Source of the DNA: Gemmatimonadales bacterium
GTDB lineage: Bacteria > Gemmatimonadota > Gemmatimonadetes > Gemmatimonadales > GWC2-71-9
Length of the DNA stretch: 64,000 nt
Assembly (NCBI GenBank): GCA_044867445.1
Contig: JBIOUY010000082.1
Coordinates: 15,315 to 79,314 of the forward strand
Direction of reading: 5' to 3'
Positions 28,599 to 38,578 of this stretch are shown here, piece after piece. The notes under the pieces were generated by a model, which was not told where the DNA came from, searched no databases, and saw only the letters and a list, made by a program, of their open reading frames with translations. Each line of letters starts with the position of its first letter. Positions within the stretch are counted from its first letter, which is position 1. The position numbers and the translations under genes were made by a program.

Positions 28599-29051
28599 AT
28601 GTCTAATCCGACGGAAGTGACCCGCCCGGTTGTCGTTCGGTGTGTCTTCTGCGACACTGCTAATCGAGTGGATCTGGCAAAACTCGCGGCCGGTCCCAAA
28701 TGTGGCAACTGCAGTCGGCCGATCCGGCTGGATCGGCCGCTCAAAGTCAGCGACGCCAGCTTCGAGCAGACCATCAACGGATCCAGTGTTCCAGTCCTGG
28801 TGGACTTCTATGCCGACTGGTGTGGCCCCTGCCGGGTGATGGCTCCCACCCTCGACGACTTCGCCATGCGGCGGGCCGGCGAGGTCCTGGTCCTCAAGCT
28901 GGACACCGACGCCAACCAGTCGACCGCTGGGCGTTTCGGCATCCGGGGCATTCCGACGCTGATCGCGTTTCACAATGGGCAGGAGCGAGGCCGTCACGTG
29001 GGCGTGTCCGACTTGAGGGTCCTCGAGCGGCTCACGGCCCTGTCCGCTTAG
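28599..29051 (+). CDS. trxC: Thioredoxin 2 (zinc-finger thioredoxin)
   Basis: The N-terminal zinc finger has CVFC...CGNC, followed by FYADWCGPC and GIRGIPTLI. Confidence 0.9.
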   Translation: MSNPTEVTRPVVVRCVFCDTANRVDLAKLAAGPKCGNCSRPIRLDRPLKVSDASFEQTINGSSVPVLVDFYADWCGPCRVMAPTLDDFAMRRAGEVLVLKLDTDANQSTAGRFGIRGIPTLIAFHNGQERGRHVGVSDLRVLERLTALSA

Positions 29052-30391
29052 CGAAGTCCTGTTGCTGCCCCGACCCCGATTGCCAGGGCGCCCAAGCCCA
29101 TCAGAATAGCGAAGAGCGGCAAGGCAAATCTTAGCCACTCTTCATAGCGCACCCCCGCCGCAGCCAGCATCGCCATCAGAGCGCCGTTCGTCGGTGTGAG
29201 GAGATCACACAGGCCGGCACCGTACTGGTACGCCAGTACCGTCACCTGACGGGAGAGCCCGATCAGATCGGACAGCGGGACGAGGAGCGGAAGAGTGAGC
29301 ACGGCGTGGCCGCTGGTACTGGGGACCGGGACGTGGACGGCAACGTGCGCCAGCATCATGCCCACCGCGGAGAGCCCTGCCGGCAACCCGGCGATGGGCG
29401 AGAACAGCCCGTTCACCAGCGTGTCCACGATCTTGCCCTCATTCAGGACCACGTAAATGGCCCTGGCGAAGCCGATCAGAAGTGAGGCGTAGGCCATCGA
29501 CCGGAACCCATCGACGAACGCCTCTGCCGTCCCATCCGGCCCGAGCCGGCCGAGAATCCCCGCCAACACGCCCACGGCAAAGAACATCGCGGAGAGCTGG
29601 TCGAACTCCCAGTCGAGATGCTGGGCGCCATAGACGTAGAGTCCAAGCGCCAGGAAGATCGAGCCCAGAATCGTGAGATCCTGCCACCGGAATCGAGCGG
29701 GTGCCAGGCTCCCGGCCGGTGCGGGCGGAGTGCGAGTTCGGTTGGCGTAGCGCGACGTACCCCAGATCCAGATGATCACGGCCGGGACCAGGAATGCGAG
29801 CCGGAAGCTTGCCCCGGAGGCGGGTGGCAGCTGCGCCACTCGTTGGGCAATGAGCACCTGGAAGGGGTCAACCGGACTGAATGAGGCGCCGACCGCGGCT
29901 GTCCCGAGGCTCATCGCCACTACTGCCAGGGGACTGAAGCCGAGGTGGCGGGAGAGCAGCAGGAGCGCTGGAACGAACGCGATGAGCTCCTCCTGGGTTT
30001 GCATCAGGATGCCGCCCAGGCTGAACACAATGCCGGCGATCGGTATCACGAGAGTCCTGCGATTGGCCAACCGGGCGACCAGCCACTCCACTACCCGGCC
30101 GAGAGTTCCCACGCGCTCGACCACGGCGAAGGCGGCGCCAACCAGAAAGACCAGTGCGATCACCGAGGCGGCTTCGGCGAAGCCTTTGGGAATCGCGATG
30201 AGCGCACCGAAAGGGCTGACCGGCGTCGCCGTGACCTCGGCATAGGTGCCACTGACCACGACGCTTCGACCGGTTGCTGGATCATCCCGGCGCTGGAATT
30301 CGCCCGCCGGCACCACGTACGTGAGCGCCGCCGCAAGAAGGATGCAGCCGACCAGGAGGGTCAGTGTATGGGGAAAGCGGAACCGGGGCAT
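29048..30391 (-). CDS. YfcC/DcuC-like anion or amino-acid transporter
   Basis: 447-aa polytopic protein. The N-terminus MPRFRFPHTLTLLVGCILLAAALTYVVPAGEFQR is characteristic of YfcC family proteins. Confidence 0.7.
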   Translation of the reverse strand: MPRFRFPHTLTLLVGCILLAAALTYVVPAGEFQRRDDPATGRSVVVSGTYAEVTATPVSPFGALIAIPKGFAEAASVIALVFLVGAAFAVVERVGTLGRVVEWLVARLANRRTLVIPIAGIVFSLGGILMQTQEELIAFVPALLLLSRHLGFSPLAVVAMSLGTAAVGASFSPVDPFQVLIAQRVAQLPPASGASFRLAFLVPAVIIWIWGTSRYANRTRTPPAPAGSLAPARFRWQDLTILGSIFLALGLYVYGAQHLDWEFDQLSAMFFAVGVLAGILGRLGPDGTAEAFVDGFRSMAYASLLIGFARAIYVVLNEGKIVDTLVNGLFSPIAGLPAGLSAVGMMLAHVAVHVPVPSTSGHAVLTLPLLVPLSDLIGLSRQVTVLAYQYGAGLCDLLTPTNGALMAMLAAAGVRYEEWLRFALPLFAILMGLGALAIGVGAATGLR

Positions 30392-30400
30392 GGCCGGCCC

Positions 30401-30673
30401 TTACAGGGTCCGGCAGCGTTGCAAGACGGGTCGCGTATTGGCACAGGCAATCCGGTCGTCCATGGACGCGGTGACCGGCCCGCAGGCGGCCGTACGCGCC
30501 TCGCGGTCGGCGTCGGCGCTATCCGCCGCCGACGCGGTCCCCGTGCTCCTGGCTCCCCGGAAATCCACCGTTGCCGTGCACTCCACCCGCTGCGAGGCCA
30601 GGGTGGTCCAGAGGAGAAGTCCCACGAACCCCAGCACGGCGATCAGGGTCAAGGCTCGGGCACGTGCAGTCAT
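30401..30673 (-). CDS. Small membrane-anchored hypothetical protein
   Basis: The internal Met gives MTARARALTLIAVLGFVGLLLWTTL plus a Cys-containing tail. No family recognised. Confidence 0.35.
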   Translation of the reverse strand: MTARARALTLIAVLGFVGLLLWTTLASQRVECTATVDFRGARSTGTASAADSADADREARTAACGPVTASMDDRIACANTRPVLQRCRTL

Positions 30674-30754
30674 GGTGCAGGGAACCTCATCCCGGCGGCG
30701 GCTGTTGAGCAGGAAGCCCGCGGCAAGATCCGGCCGGGAGCTACCCACGGAGGA

Positions 30755-30982
30755 ATGAAGCGAATGGAGTGTTCAGAGGTCGTGCGCCGACTCTGGGAAT
30801 ATCTGGATGATGAGCTGAGTCCGGAAGAGGCCATAGCGATCGGCGCTCACCTCGGCGATTGCCGATGTTGCCGGCCCGCATATCAGTGCGATCGTGCGTT
30901 CCTGGAGCGACTGGCCCATTGTCGGCTCGCGAGGGTTTCGGCGCCGGCATCCCTGGTCGCTCGTCTTGGCCGCGTTCTCTGA
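30755..30982 (+). CDS. Zinc-binding anti-sigma factor (ZAS, RsrA-like), 75 aa
   Basis: The ATG at 30755 is preceded by GGAGGA. The sequence is MKRMECSEVVRRLWEYLDDEL...HLGDCRCC (HxxxCxxC). It sits at the end of a long spurious ORF (29945..30982). Confidence 0.65.
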   Translation: MKRMECSEVVRRLWEYLDDELSPEEAIAIGAHLGDCRCCRPAYQCDRAFLERLAHCRLARVSAPASLVARLGRVL

Positions 30983-31192
30983 CGATATCGTTGAGCAGGT
31001 TCTTGCAGATACCGGTTATCGTTGGAACAAGAGAAGCTTGGCCCCCTCCCGCTGAGCCCGTCGTCACTGCGTACAAATAGGCCCGCCTAGCACTTACATC
31101 CCGACGTTACAATCCGGTCCGCCTTTTGCGCCTCGGCCGGTCCGCCGGTTATCGCGCCTCTCCCAGGCCGAGCCGCCGACCGAGGGAATGGC

Positions 31193-31573
31193 GTGAGAAT
31201 CTTGATCGTCGAGGATTCGCCGCTGGTCCGGAAGATGTACGGATTGGTCTTCTCGCCCCGTGAGCACGAGCTCACCACGGCGGAAGACGGGCGCAAGGGC
31301 CTCGAAGCACTCACCGCATCGTCCCAGCGGTACGACTTGATCCTGCTCGATCTGCGGATGCCGGACATGGACGGCGTCGAGTTCATCCGCGCCGTCAAGC
31401 GAACCTCGCTGTTCGCCAGCATCCCCATCGTACTCACGACGGTTGAAACGGACACGTCTGACCTGCTGCTGCAAGCCAAGGCCGCCGGCGTAGCGGCGGT
31501 CGTCAAGAAGCCCTGGAAGCCACGGCAACTCAGGAAAGTGGTGCAATCCGTCCTTCATGGCCCGAGCGTGTGA
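31193..31573 (+). CDS. cheY: Single-domain response regulator (CheY-like)
   Basis: ILIVEDS...LILLDLRMPDMDG...KKP. GTG start preceded by GAGGGA. Confidence 0.85.
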   Translation: MRILIVEDSPLVRKMYGLVFSPREHELTTAEDGRKGLEALTASSQRYDLILLDLRMPDMDGVEFIRAVKRTSLFASIPIVLTTVETDTSDLLLQAKAAGVAAVVKKPWKPRQLRKVVQSVLHGPSV

Positions 31574-31574
31574 G

Positions 31575-31976
31575 ATGCCGAACTCATTCCTGGTCGTCGA
31601 TGACTCGATGCTGCATCACCAGATGTACAAGGTGGTCTTTTCCCGGGGCACTCTCGCCGGGAGTACCCTCTACCACGCGACCAATGGCCGGGAAGGATAC
31701 GCGCTCCTCGCCGAGCATCCCGAGCTGACTCTGGTCCTGTTGGATCTGAACATGCCCGAGATGAACGGGCTCGAGCTGCTGACTCGACGGGGGGCGGAGC
31801 AGCTGCACCTGCACATTCCCGTCGTGCTGGTCACCACCGAGGCCACTCCAGAGGATGAGGCCCGCGGACGGGCAGCCGGCGCGTGGGATTACCTCCGCAA
31901 GCCGTTCCAGCCGGCCGATGTCGAACGGCTCGTGGCCCGGGCACTCGCCGAGGCCGCCGTCTCCACCGCTAAATGA
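31575..31976 (+). CDS. cheY: Second single-domain response regulator (CheY-like)
   Basis: FLVVDDS...LVLLDLNMPEMNG...LRKPF. The ATG at 31575 lies immediately after the first cheY stop. Confidence 0.8.
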   Translation: MPNSFLVVDDSMLHHQMYKVVFSRGTLAGSTLYHATNGREGYALLAEHPELTLVLLDLNMPEMNGLELLTRRGAEQLHLHIPVVLVTTEATPEDEARGRAAGAWDYLRKPFQPADVERLVARALAEAAVSTAK

Positions 31977-33634
31977 CCGCCGAGGACAACGCCTTCAGGG
32001 CGTTACTCGACGACTACATCGTCGAGTGCCTCCCCCTGTCCGAGCGCATCGCCGACCACTTCGTCGAGCTGGAGCGTTGCTGGCGTGCTGGCGAGCCGGC
32101 GGATGAGCTGCTGCCTGCCGTGAAAGGCACGCTCCACACGGTCAAGGGCAACTCGGCCATGATGGGGCTGACGCCGATGCAGGAGGTGGCGCACGCCCTG
32201 GAAGACGTGTGTGCTCTGCTCACCCGTGAGCCCAAGGCCAGAGGAGAGACCTCCGCTTCGCTTTTGGTCGAAGGTGGTGGGCTCCTGGTGGACCTGGTGC
32301 GGACGGCCGCAGGCGGACAGGGGACCGAGGCCGCAGCCGCGTTCGGTCAGCGGGTCCGCGGATATCTCGCCCAGGCCGGGCGCAACGGTTCCGCGGTGGC
32401 GGAGCCGGCCGAGCGGCGCAAGGGAGACCGGCGCGGCTCTTCCCGCGAGGACGGGCCCGAGGCGGCGAGAAACGTGGTCCGGGTCGACTTCCGCCAGCTC
32501 GACACCCTGCTGGAGGTGTTGGGCGAGGGAATGATCGAGCATTCGGCGGTGAATGAGGCCTATCGCCGGCTCCTGCGCCGGGTCGGTGCAGTGGAAGAAT
32601 TGAGCGATCTGGATCGCGCGGTCGTAGCGCTAGAGAAGACGATGAAGCGGATGGAGGCCGTGGTCATGGGGACCCGCCTGCTCCCGATTTCCACCGTCTT
32701 CGGTCGCTTTCCCCGGTTAGTTCGGGACCTCGCCCATACCGCCGAGAAGCGGGTGCGGCTGGTTACGGCGGGCGGCGAGACGCCGATGGATAAGGCCATT
32801 CTCGACCGACTGAGCGAGCCGCTGATCCATCTCCTGACTAATGCCGTGGTTCATGGACTGGAATTGCCCGAGGATCGAGCCCGAAGCGGCAAGCCAACCG
32901 AGGGCGTCATCGAGCTACGGGCGGCCTCGCAGTCCGGACGGGTCGTCATCACCCTGGCGGATGATGGGCGGGGCTTGGATGAAGCCAAGATTCAGGCCAA
33001 GGCGGAAGCACTGGGACTCGAGATCGCGGGCCCGGAGTCGGGGCAGCGTCATGCGGTGATTTTCGCGCCGGGCTTCTCCACCGCTGAGCAAGTCTCCACG
33101 CTGGCGGGCCGGGGCGTTGGGCTGGATGTTGTCGCCCGGTCGATCCACGGGCTGGGGGGAACCATCGAGGTAGTGAGCCGGCCGGGACAGGGACTCAGCT
33201 TCACCCTGAGCCTCCCGCTCACCCTTGCCATCGTGCGCTCGCTGATCATCGAGGTGGACCGGGAGCGGTTCGCCGTTCCGATCTCACACGTGGCCGAGAC
33301 AGTCCGCGCCGAGGCCGACACGATTCACGAGATCAACCGCAAGGGCGTGACACTGTGGCGTGGCGACCTGATCCATGTCGCCGACGGCGGCGAGCTCCTG
33401 GGCACCTCCGAACGAGCCCAGTCTCCCCGGCGGTTCTACATCGTCATCAGCTCCGGTGCCAAGCGCCGCGGGCTCATGGTCGACCGTCTGGTGGGACATC
33501 AGGACGTCGTGGTGAAGGGGCTGGATCCGTCGCTGGGACGTCCCGACGTCGTGTCCGGCATCACGATCCTGGGCGACGGACGGGTGGCCTGCATTCTCGA
33601 CGCGGTACGGATTCTGGACCAGAAGGTCGCATGA
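31973..33634 (+). CDS. cheA: Chemotaxis histidine kinase CheA (P1-P3-P4-P5, no recognisable P2)
   Basis: Hpt motif GTLHTVKGNSAMMG. The HATPase N/G boxes are HLLTNAVVHG and DDGRGLD...GRGVGLDVV. There is a C-terminal CheW-like domain. ATGA overlap with the preceding cheY. Confidence 0.9.
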   Translation: MTAEDNAFRALLDDYIVECLPLSERIADHFVELERCWRAGEPADELLPAVKGTLHTVKGNSAMMGLTPMQEVAHALEDVCALLTREPKARGETSASLLVEGGGLLVDLVRTAAGGQGTEAAAAFGQRVRGYLAQAGRNGSAVAEPAERRKGDRRGSSREDGPEAARNVVRVDFRQLDTLLEVLGEGMIEHSAVNEAYRRLLRRVGAVEELSDLDRAVVALEKTMKRMEAVVMGTRLLPISTVFGRFPRLVRDLAHTAEKRVRLVTAGGETPMDKAILDRLSEPLIHLLTNAVVHGLELPEDRARSGKPTEGVIELRAASQSGRVVITLADDGRGLDEAKIQAKAEALGLEIAGPESGQRHAVIFAPGFSTAEQVSTLAGRGVGLDVVARSIHGLGGTIEVVSRPGQGLSFTLSLPLTLAIVRSLIIEVDRERFAVPISHVAETVRAEADTIHEINRKGVTLWRGDLIHVADGGELLGTSERAQSPRRFYIVISSGAKRRGLMVDRLVGHQDVVVKGLDPSLGRPDVVSGITILGDGRVACILDAVRILDQKVA

Positions 33635-34137
33635 ACCGCGACGATCTCTTGCGGTTCGCTGATGCGGTCCAGGAGGACGCCGCTCCAGCATCCAGCACGG
33701 TCGTGCCCGGCCCCGAGCTGCATCTGGTGACCTTCGCCCTCGATCGGGAGGAGTACGGGATCCGGGTCGATCAGGTGCGCGAGATCATCCGGGTCGGCGA
33801 GATCACCCGGGTCCCGCAGGCACCTGCGCACGTGCGTGGGGTTGCCAACCTGCGGGGACGGATTCTCGCGGTAGTCGAGGTTCGTACCCGGCTCGGCCTC
33901 ACTGCCGCCGTGCTCACTCCGCGCTCGCGGATCATCGTGGTGGAGATCCAGGGGCGGGTATTGGGAATCCTGGTGGACGCCGTTCTGCAGGTGGTCAAGG
34001 TACCGGTCGAAACCGTCACCGCTGCCCCGGATGAGGTCCTCTCACCTCAGACCGACTACATCAGCGGCGTGGCTCGCTGGAACTCGCGACTGATCATTCT
34101 CCTGGACGTGGAAAAGGTTCTGCTGTTGAACGACTAG
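33631..34137 (+). CDS. cheW: Chemotaxis coupling protein CheW
   Basis: [21 protein letters not shown]...[15 protein letters not shown]. The ATG overlaps the cheA stop. Confidence 0.9.
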   Translation: MNRDDLLRFADAVQEDAAPASSTVVPGPELHLVTFALDREEYGIRVDQVREIIRVGEITRVPQAPAHVRGVANLRGRILAVVEVRTRLGLTAAVLTPRSRIIVVEIQGRVLGILVDAVLQVVKVPVETVTAAPDEVLSPQTDYISGVARWNSRLIILLDVEKVLLLND

Positions 34138-34189
34138 TCGCGGCTCCGTCGCGGCTCTTGCACTGGCTCACGCAACCACGGGTACCGAC

Positions 34190-35686
34190 ATGTCAGGCCG
34201 TCTCGAGCAGATCATCAAAGACTGGACGATTCGCAGAAAGATCCTCACCGGCTTCGGTGGGGTCCTGCTGCTGACCGCGGCTTTGGGCTGGCTCGCCCTG
34301 CGCAGCCTCGACCGGATGAACACCACGGCCGCTCGGATCATCCAAGGCCAGCTCCCGGCCACGGCCGCAGACCAGCTCTTCCTCGACTCGCGGGTCACCC
34401 TCCTGGCGACATTGGCGGTGACGGTCGCGATGGGCCTGGTCACCGCTCTGGTGCTGGCGCGGCTGATCGCCGATCCGCTGACCAACCTGGGTATTCTCGC
34501 CGAACAGGTCTCGAAGGGCGATCTCACCGCCGACATCAAGAGCCAGTCACGGGACGAGATCGGGTGGCTGGAGCACTCCATGCGTCAGATGGTGAAGAAT
34601 CTCCGGCAGATCGTCAGCCAGATCACGGTATCCTCGCGTACCCTGGCGACCTCGGCAGAAGAGATCTCCGCTTCCTCCAGCCAGATGTCCAAGGGCGCCG
34701 AGATCCAGTCGAGCTCGACCGAAGAGACCTCCTCGACCATGGTTGAAATGGCGTCGCAGATGCAGCATCTCGCCAAGGGAGCCGAAGCGCTCGCGGCGAA
34801 CGTCGACCAGACTTCGGCGTCGATTCAGCAGATGACTGCAACGCTCCAGCAGACGGCCCAGAATGGGGAAGTGCTGCTCCGGGCCGTGGAAGAGGCGACC
34901 AGCACGCTCGCGACCATGATCGAGAACGTCGGTGGCATTGCCGCCCGGGTGCACATGGTGGACCAGGTGAGTCAGCAGTCGGTCACCGACGCCAAGCATC
35001 ATGGCGAGCGGCTGCAGGAGTCGATCAACTCCATCGGCGAGCGTTCCGACGAAATCGGCAAGATCGTGAAAGTCATCGAGGGCATCGCCGACCAGACCAA
35101 CCTTCTGGCCTTGAACGCGGCGATCGAGGCAGCTCGCGCGGGTGACGCGGGCAAGGGCTTCGCCGTGGTGGCCGACGAGGTGCGCCGCCTGGCCGAACGC
35201 TCGGTGCAGGCGACCCAGGAGATCGGAGAAGTGATCGAGACGGTGCAGAAGGACACCAGGCGAGCCATCTCGCTCATGGAACACGTCCTGGCCGGCATCG
35301 TCGAGTCCATCGGCAAGACCTCGGCCCTGGTGGCGGAGGCTGCCCATTCGGCCGACTCCCAGGCATCCGATGCCCGCACGGTGAAGGACACCGTGGCCCA
35401 GATGGCCACCCTGACCCGCCAGATCGCCGGCTCGATCAGGGAAAACGCTTGCGGCGCCGAGGAAATCAGCCAGGCCGCCCAGAAGATGAACCAGCTCACC
35501 CATCAGATGTCCGAGGCAGTGGGAGAGCAGAAGCGGGGTGGGGAGATGGTGGTCAAGGCGGTCGAATCGATCGCGCTCATCTCGCGCCAGAACCTGGCCG
35601 CGGTGGAACAGATGAGCGCGGCCGCCAAGAGCCTCGCCGGCGAGTCGGAGTCGCTCCAGCAGCGCGTAGAGCTGTTTCGAATCTGA
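34190..35686 (+). CDS. Methyl-accepting chemotaxis protein (2 TM, very short periplasmic loop, HAMP)
   Basis: Highly conserved signalling hairpin [40 protein letters not shown]. The two TM segments are separated by only about 35 residues. Confidence 0.9.
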   Translation: MSGRLEQIIKDWTIRRKILTGFGGVLLLTAALGWLALRSLDRMNTTAARIIQGQLPATAADQLFLDSRVTLLATLAVTVAMGLVTALVLARLIADPLTNLGILAEQVSKGDLTADIKSQSRDEIGWLEHSMRQMVKNLRQIVSQITVSSRTLATSAEEISASSSQMSKGAEIQSSSTEETSSTMVEMASQMQHLAKGAEALAANVDQTSASIQQMTATLQQTAQNGEVLLRAVEEATSTLATMIENVGGIAARVHMVDQVSQQSVTDAKHHGERLQESINSIGERSDEIGKIVKVIEGIADQTNLLALNAAIEAARAGDAGKGFAVVADEVRRLAERSVQATQEIGEVIETVQKDTRRAISLMEHVLAGIVESIGKTSALVAEAAHSADSQASDARTVKDTVAQMATLTRQIAGSIRENACGAEEISQAAQKMNQLTHQMSEAVGEQKRGGEMVVKAVESIALISRQNLAAVEQMSAAAKSLAGESESLQQRVELFRI

Positions 35687-35717
35687 CGGGCGTGATCCGA
35701 GCCCTGGAGGAAAAGCC

Positions 35718-37748
35718 ATGTCGGTCCCAACTGCTCGCCCGTCGGTCACTCATCGCCTGGCCGCTCTCAACGCGCTGCCGGAGACTCCGGCGAGGGAAGA
35801 GGCCATCCTCGCGGCCTTGGAGGACGAGGCTCCCGCGGTCCGCGAGCGGGCCATCCGGTTAGCCACCAGGTATCTCGAGCCCGCCGTGCTCGGCGAGCTG
35901 GTGGCGGACGAGGCGAACGCCGTCCGGCGGAACGCCGCCATCGCCGCGCTGGAGCGCCAGGGGCCGTACGCGTTGCAGCATCTGCAGGTGATGCTGCGCC
36001 AGGAGAACACCGACGTCGTCATGTTTGCGCTGCAGGTCCTCGCCCGGATCGGCGACCCGGCGGCCGCGCCGGCAGTGGTCCCTCTGGTCAACCATCCCGA
36101 TCTCAACGTCGCGCAGTCGGCTGTCGAGGCGCTGGGTCAACTTCGCAACCGCGAGGCGGTCCCCACGTTGCTGGGCTTGCTCGAGCGGGAGCTCTGGCTC
36201 CAGCTCGCCGCGATTGATGCCTTGGGCGCGATGGGCGATCCTCGCGCGGTGGGGCCCCTGGTGGCGCTGGTTCCCGACTCGGTCGTTGCCGAGCCCGCGG
36301 TCCAGGCGCTGCAGCGACTGGCGGCGCCCGAGTCGCTGGAGCCGCTGCTCGCCCGGCTGCCCCTCATCGCGGAGCGCACGTTGCGCGACTCGCTGCTCCT
36401 TGCGATCGGGGTGGTCATCGGTCTCCATCCCGATCCGGGGCCGATCGCCGTCGGGTGCCGGGGAGAGCTGATGGATGATGGCCCGAGTGGGCTACGTGCT
36501 TACCTGGCGCAGCTGCTCCGAGCGCACTGCACCACCGGATATGGCGGTGGCCTGGTGGGTGCCGACGGACGAGATGAAGCCGGCCTGCTTCGGGCGGCGG
36601 CGGCGCTGGTGGTGGTGGCTCGGCTGGACCAGCTGTACCCCCTGGTGCTGGCCCGGATCGCAGAGGCAGAAGGCACCGAGTGGGCCGAAGCGCTCTTTCG
36701 GCAGCATCCCGAGGGCCTGCGCAAGGCGTTGGACGGATTACTGACGAGCGACGATCCCCGGGTTCGTCGGGGCGCGCTCCTCAGCGCGTCGCTCGAGACC
36801 GGTGACATTGGCCTGGTGCTGCCGCATCTCAGCGATCCGCAGCCCGGCGTAAGGGCGGCGGCCTGCCGGGCGTTGGGCCACATCGGCGCGGCGGAGTCGG
36901 CACCGCTGCTGGTGGAAAGGCTTCGGGGAGGGGAGCCGATCGAGCAGGCAGCCGCGGCACAGGCGCTCGCGATGCTGCCGGGCTCAGCGCTCCAAGAGCT
37001 GGAAAGCTGCCTGCTTCCGAGCGCGAGCGAGGCAATCAAGGTCCGCGCGCTCGAGGTACTGGGGAATCTTCCTACCGAGATCTTCGAGAGTCAGATCCTG
37101 GAGCTCACCCGAGCCAACTCGGCCACGCTGCGCCGCGCGGCGCTCCGTGCCGTTGCGCAGCTGCCAGGTTCCCGGGCCGAGGTGGCGCTGATTAGAGCGT
37201 TGGCCGATCGCAACCAGCCGGTGCAACTCGAGGCGCTGGAGCTCCTGGTCCGACGGGGCGGAGCCCAGGCGGTCACCACCTTAGTGGCACTCCTCGGCGC
37301 CGGCGACTCGCTGCGCTATCACGTCATCCGGGCGCTGGGGCACCTGCAGGCGCAGGAGGCCACGGGCAAGCTGCTCGCGCTCTATGAGGAGTGCGGCCCT
37401 CACGAGCGGTTGGAGATCCTGTGGGCCCTCATCCGTATCGCGCCCCCCGAGTTGCGGGAGTTCCTGCAAGCCCGATTGGCCGGGCCGGAGACCGAGGTCC
37501 GGCGGGTGGCAGCCTACGGTATCGCGGAGCATGCCGGCTACGATCAACTGCCTCAGCTGATCGCGTTGGCGGCCGATCCCGACTGGAACATTCGAAATGA
37601 AGCGGCGCGCGGCTTGGGTCGCCTCGGAGCCGCGGAGATCCAGCCGACGCTGCTCACTCTGGTGCGCGATGTGGAGCCGATCGTCGCACGCACGGCGCGA
37701 AAGGCACTCGATCAGCTGCCTGGGGGCGCGTCTCGGGTTTCGGGATGA
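35718..37748 (+). CDS. HEAT-repeat (PBS-lyase-type) protein
   Basis: 676 aa made of repeating units of about 30 residues, of the form ...VRxxAxxALGxIGdpxAvpxLvxxL.. (e.g. AIDALGAMGDPRAVGPLVAL, ACRALGHIGAAESAPLLVERL). Confidence 0.8.
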   Translation: MSVPTARPSVTHRLAALNALPETPAREEAILAALEDEAPAVRERAIRLATRYLEPAVLGELVADEANAVRRNAAIAALERQGPYALQHLQVMLRQENTDVVMFALQVLARIGDPAAAPAVVPLVNHPDLNVAQSAVEALGQLRNREAVPTLLGLLERELWLQLAAIDALGAMGDPRAVGPLVALVPDSVVAEPAVQALQRLAAPESLEPLLARLPLIAERTLRDSLLLAIGVVIGLHPDPGPIAVGCRGELMDDGPSGLRAYLAQLLRAHCTTGYGGGLVGADGRDEAGLLRAAAALVVVARLDQLYPLVLARIAEAEGTEWAEALFRQHPEGLRKALDGLLTSDDPRVRRGALLSASLETGDIGLVLPHLSDPQPGVRAAACRALGHIGAAESAPLLVERLRGGEPIEQAAAAQALAMLPGSALQELESCLLPSASEAIKVRALEVLGNLPTEIFESQILELTRANSATLRRAALRAVAQLPGSRAEVALIRALADRNQPVQLEALELLVRRGGAQAVTTLVALLGAGDSLRYHVIRALGHLQAQEATGKLLALYEECGPHERLEILWALIRIAPPELREFLQARLAGPETEVRRVAAYGIAEHAGYDQLPQLIALAADPDWNIRNEAARGLGRLGAAEIQPTLLTLVRDVEPIVARTARKALDQLPGGASRVSG

Positions 37749-38578
37749 TGCAGGTCGACGCAGCCGAGTGGAAGCTCCTGACCGATCTGATCCAGGAACG
37801 CTTCGGGCTGACCTTCGACGGAGTACGGGGCAAGATTCTGGAGTCCCGGCTGCGCCCACGCCTGCGGGAACTACATCTGCATTCTACCCGCGACTACTAC
37901 CACTACCTGTGCTTCCATCCCGACCGTGAGGCCGAGTTCGCCCGGCTCCCGCCCCTGATCACCAACAACGAGACCTACTTCTTCCGAGAGCCGAATCAGT
38001 TCGACATTCTGGTCCGGCACGTGGTACCCGAGAAGCGACAGGCTCTCAAGACCCGGCCCTTCCGGGTGCTCTCAGCGGGGTGTTCTTCGGGAGAGGAAGC
38101 CTACTCCGCCGTCATTGCGTTTCAAAACGCGGGATTGGAGTTGGCGGGCGTGCGGTGGGAGGTGGACGCCTGCGACCTGAACCCGCACCGGATTGCCCAG
38201 GCTCGGTCGGCCACCTACGACATGACATCGCTCCGTGCCTGCGACGAGGAGACCCGCCGGCGCTACTTCACGGAGACCGGCGGCCGGTTCCAGCTGCGGG
38301 AGCGGCATCGGAAAGGGGTGCGGTTCTTCGCGACCAACCTGGCTTCCCCCAGTGGCACGCTCGGTTGGGGGAGATACGATGCCATCCTCTGCCGCAACAT
38401 GCTCATCTATTTCAGTGAGGAAGCGTTCGACGGTCTGATCGGACTCTTCGCCCGCTCGCTCTGTCCCGGCGGCTACCTTCTCCTGGGCCACTCCGAATCG
38501 CTGTTGGATCGACCCGGTCCCTTCGAGCCGGTCTCGTTCGGCAATGGCGTGGTGTACCGGAAAGCCTTACCCGACTGA
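37745..38578 (+). CDS. cheR: Chemotaxis protein methyltransferase CheR
   Basis: TNNETYFFREPNQF, RVLSAGCSSGEE, ILCRNMLIYF. ATGA overlap with the HEAT gene. Confidence 0.9.
   Translation: MMQVDAAEWKLLTDLIQERFGLTFDGVRGKILESRLRPRLRELHLHSTRDYYHYLCFHPDREAEFARLPPLITNNETYFFREPNQFDILVRHVVPEKRQALKTRPFRVLSAGCSSGEEAYSAVIAFQNAGLELAGVRWEVDACDLNPHRIAQARSATYDMTSLRACDEETRRRYFTETGGRFQLRERHRKGVRFFATNLASPSGTLGWGRYDAILCRNMLIYFSEEAFDGLIGLFARSLCPGGYLLLGHSESLLDRPGPFEPVSFGNGVVYRKALPD

Noticed and set aside
28515-29138. 207-aa ORF on the minus strand
   Set aside because: It is antisense to trxC, which has perfect WCGPC and zinc-finger motifs.
29945-30982. 345-aa ORF on the plus strand
   Set aside because: Its first 270 codons are antisense to the YfcC-like transporter and the small membrane protein. 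Only the terminal 75 codons, with an RBS and the ZAS motif, look real.
31022-31039. Sigma-54-like TTGGAAC-N5-AAGCTT upstream of the chemosensory operon
   Set aside because: The GG-N10-GC spacing is right, but both the -24 (GGAAC versus GGCAC) and -12 (AAGC versus TTGC) elements are weak. No palindromic enhancer or EBP gene is associated. I did not consider it good enough to call.
34547-35749. 400-aa ORF on the minus strand
   Set aside because: It is antisense to the MCP gene, which has the invariant signalling hairpin. The antisense translation is Gly/Arg/Leu/His-rich with no recognisable domain.
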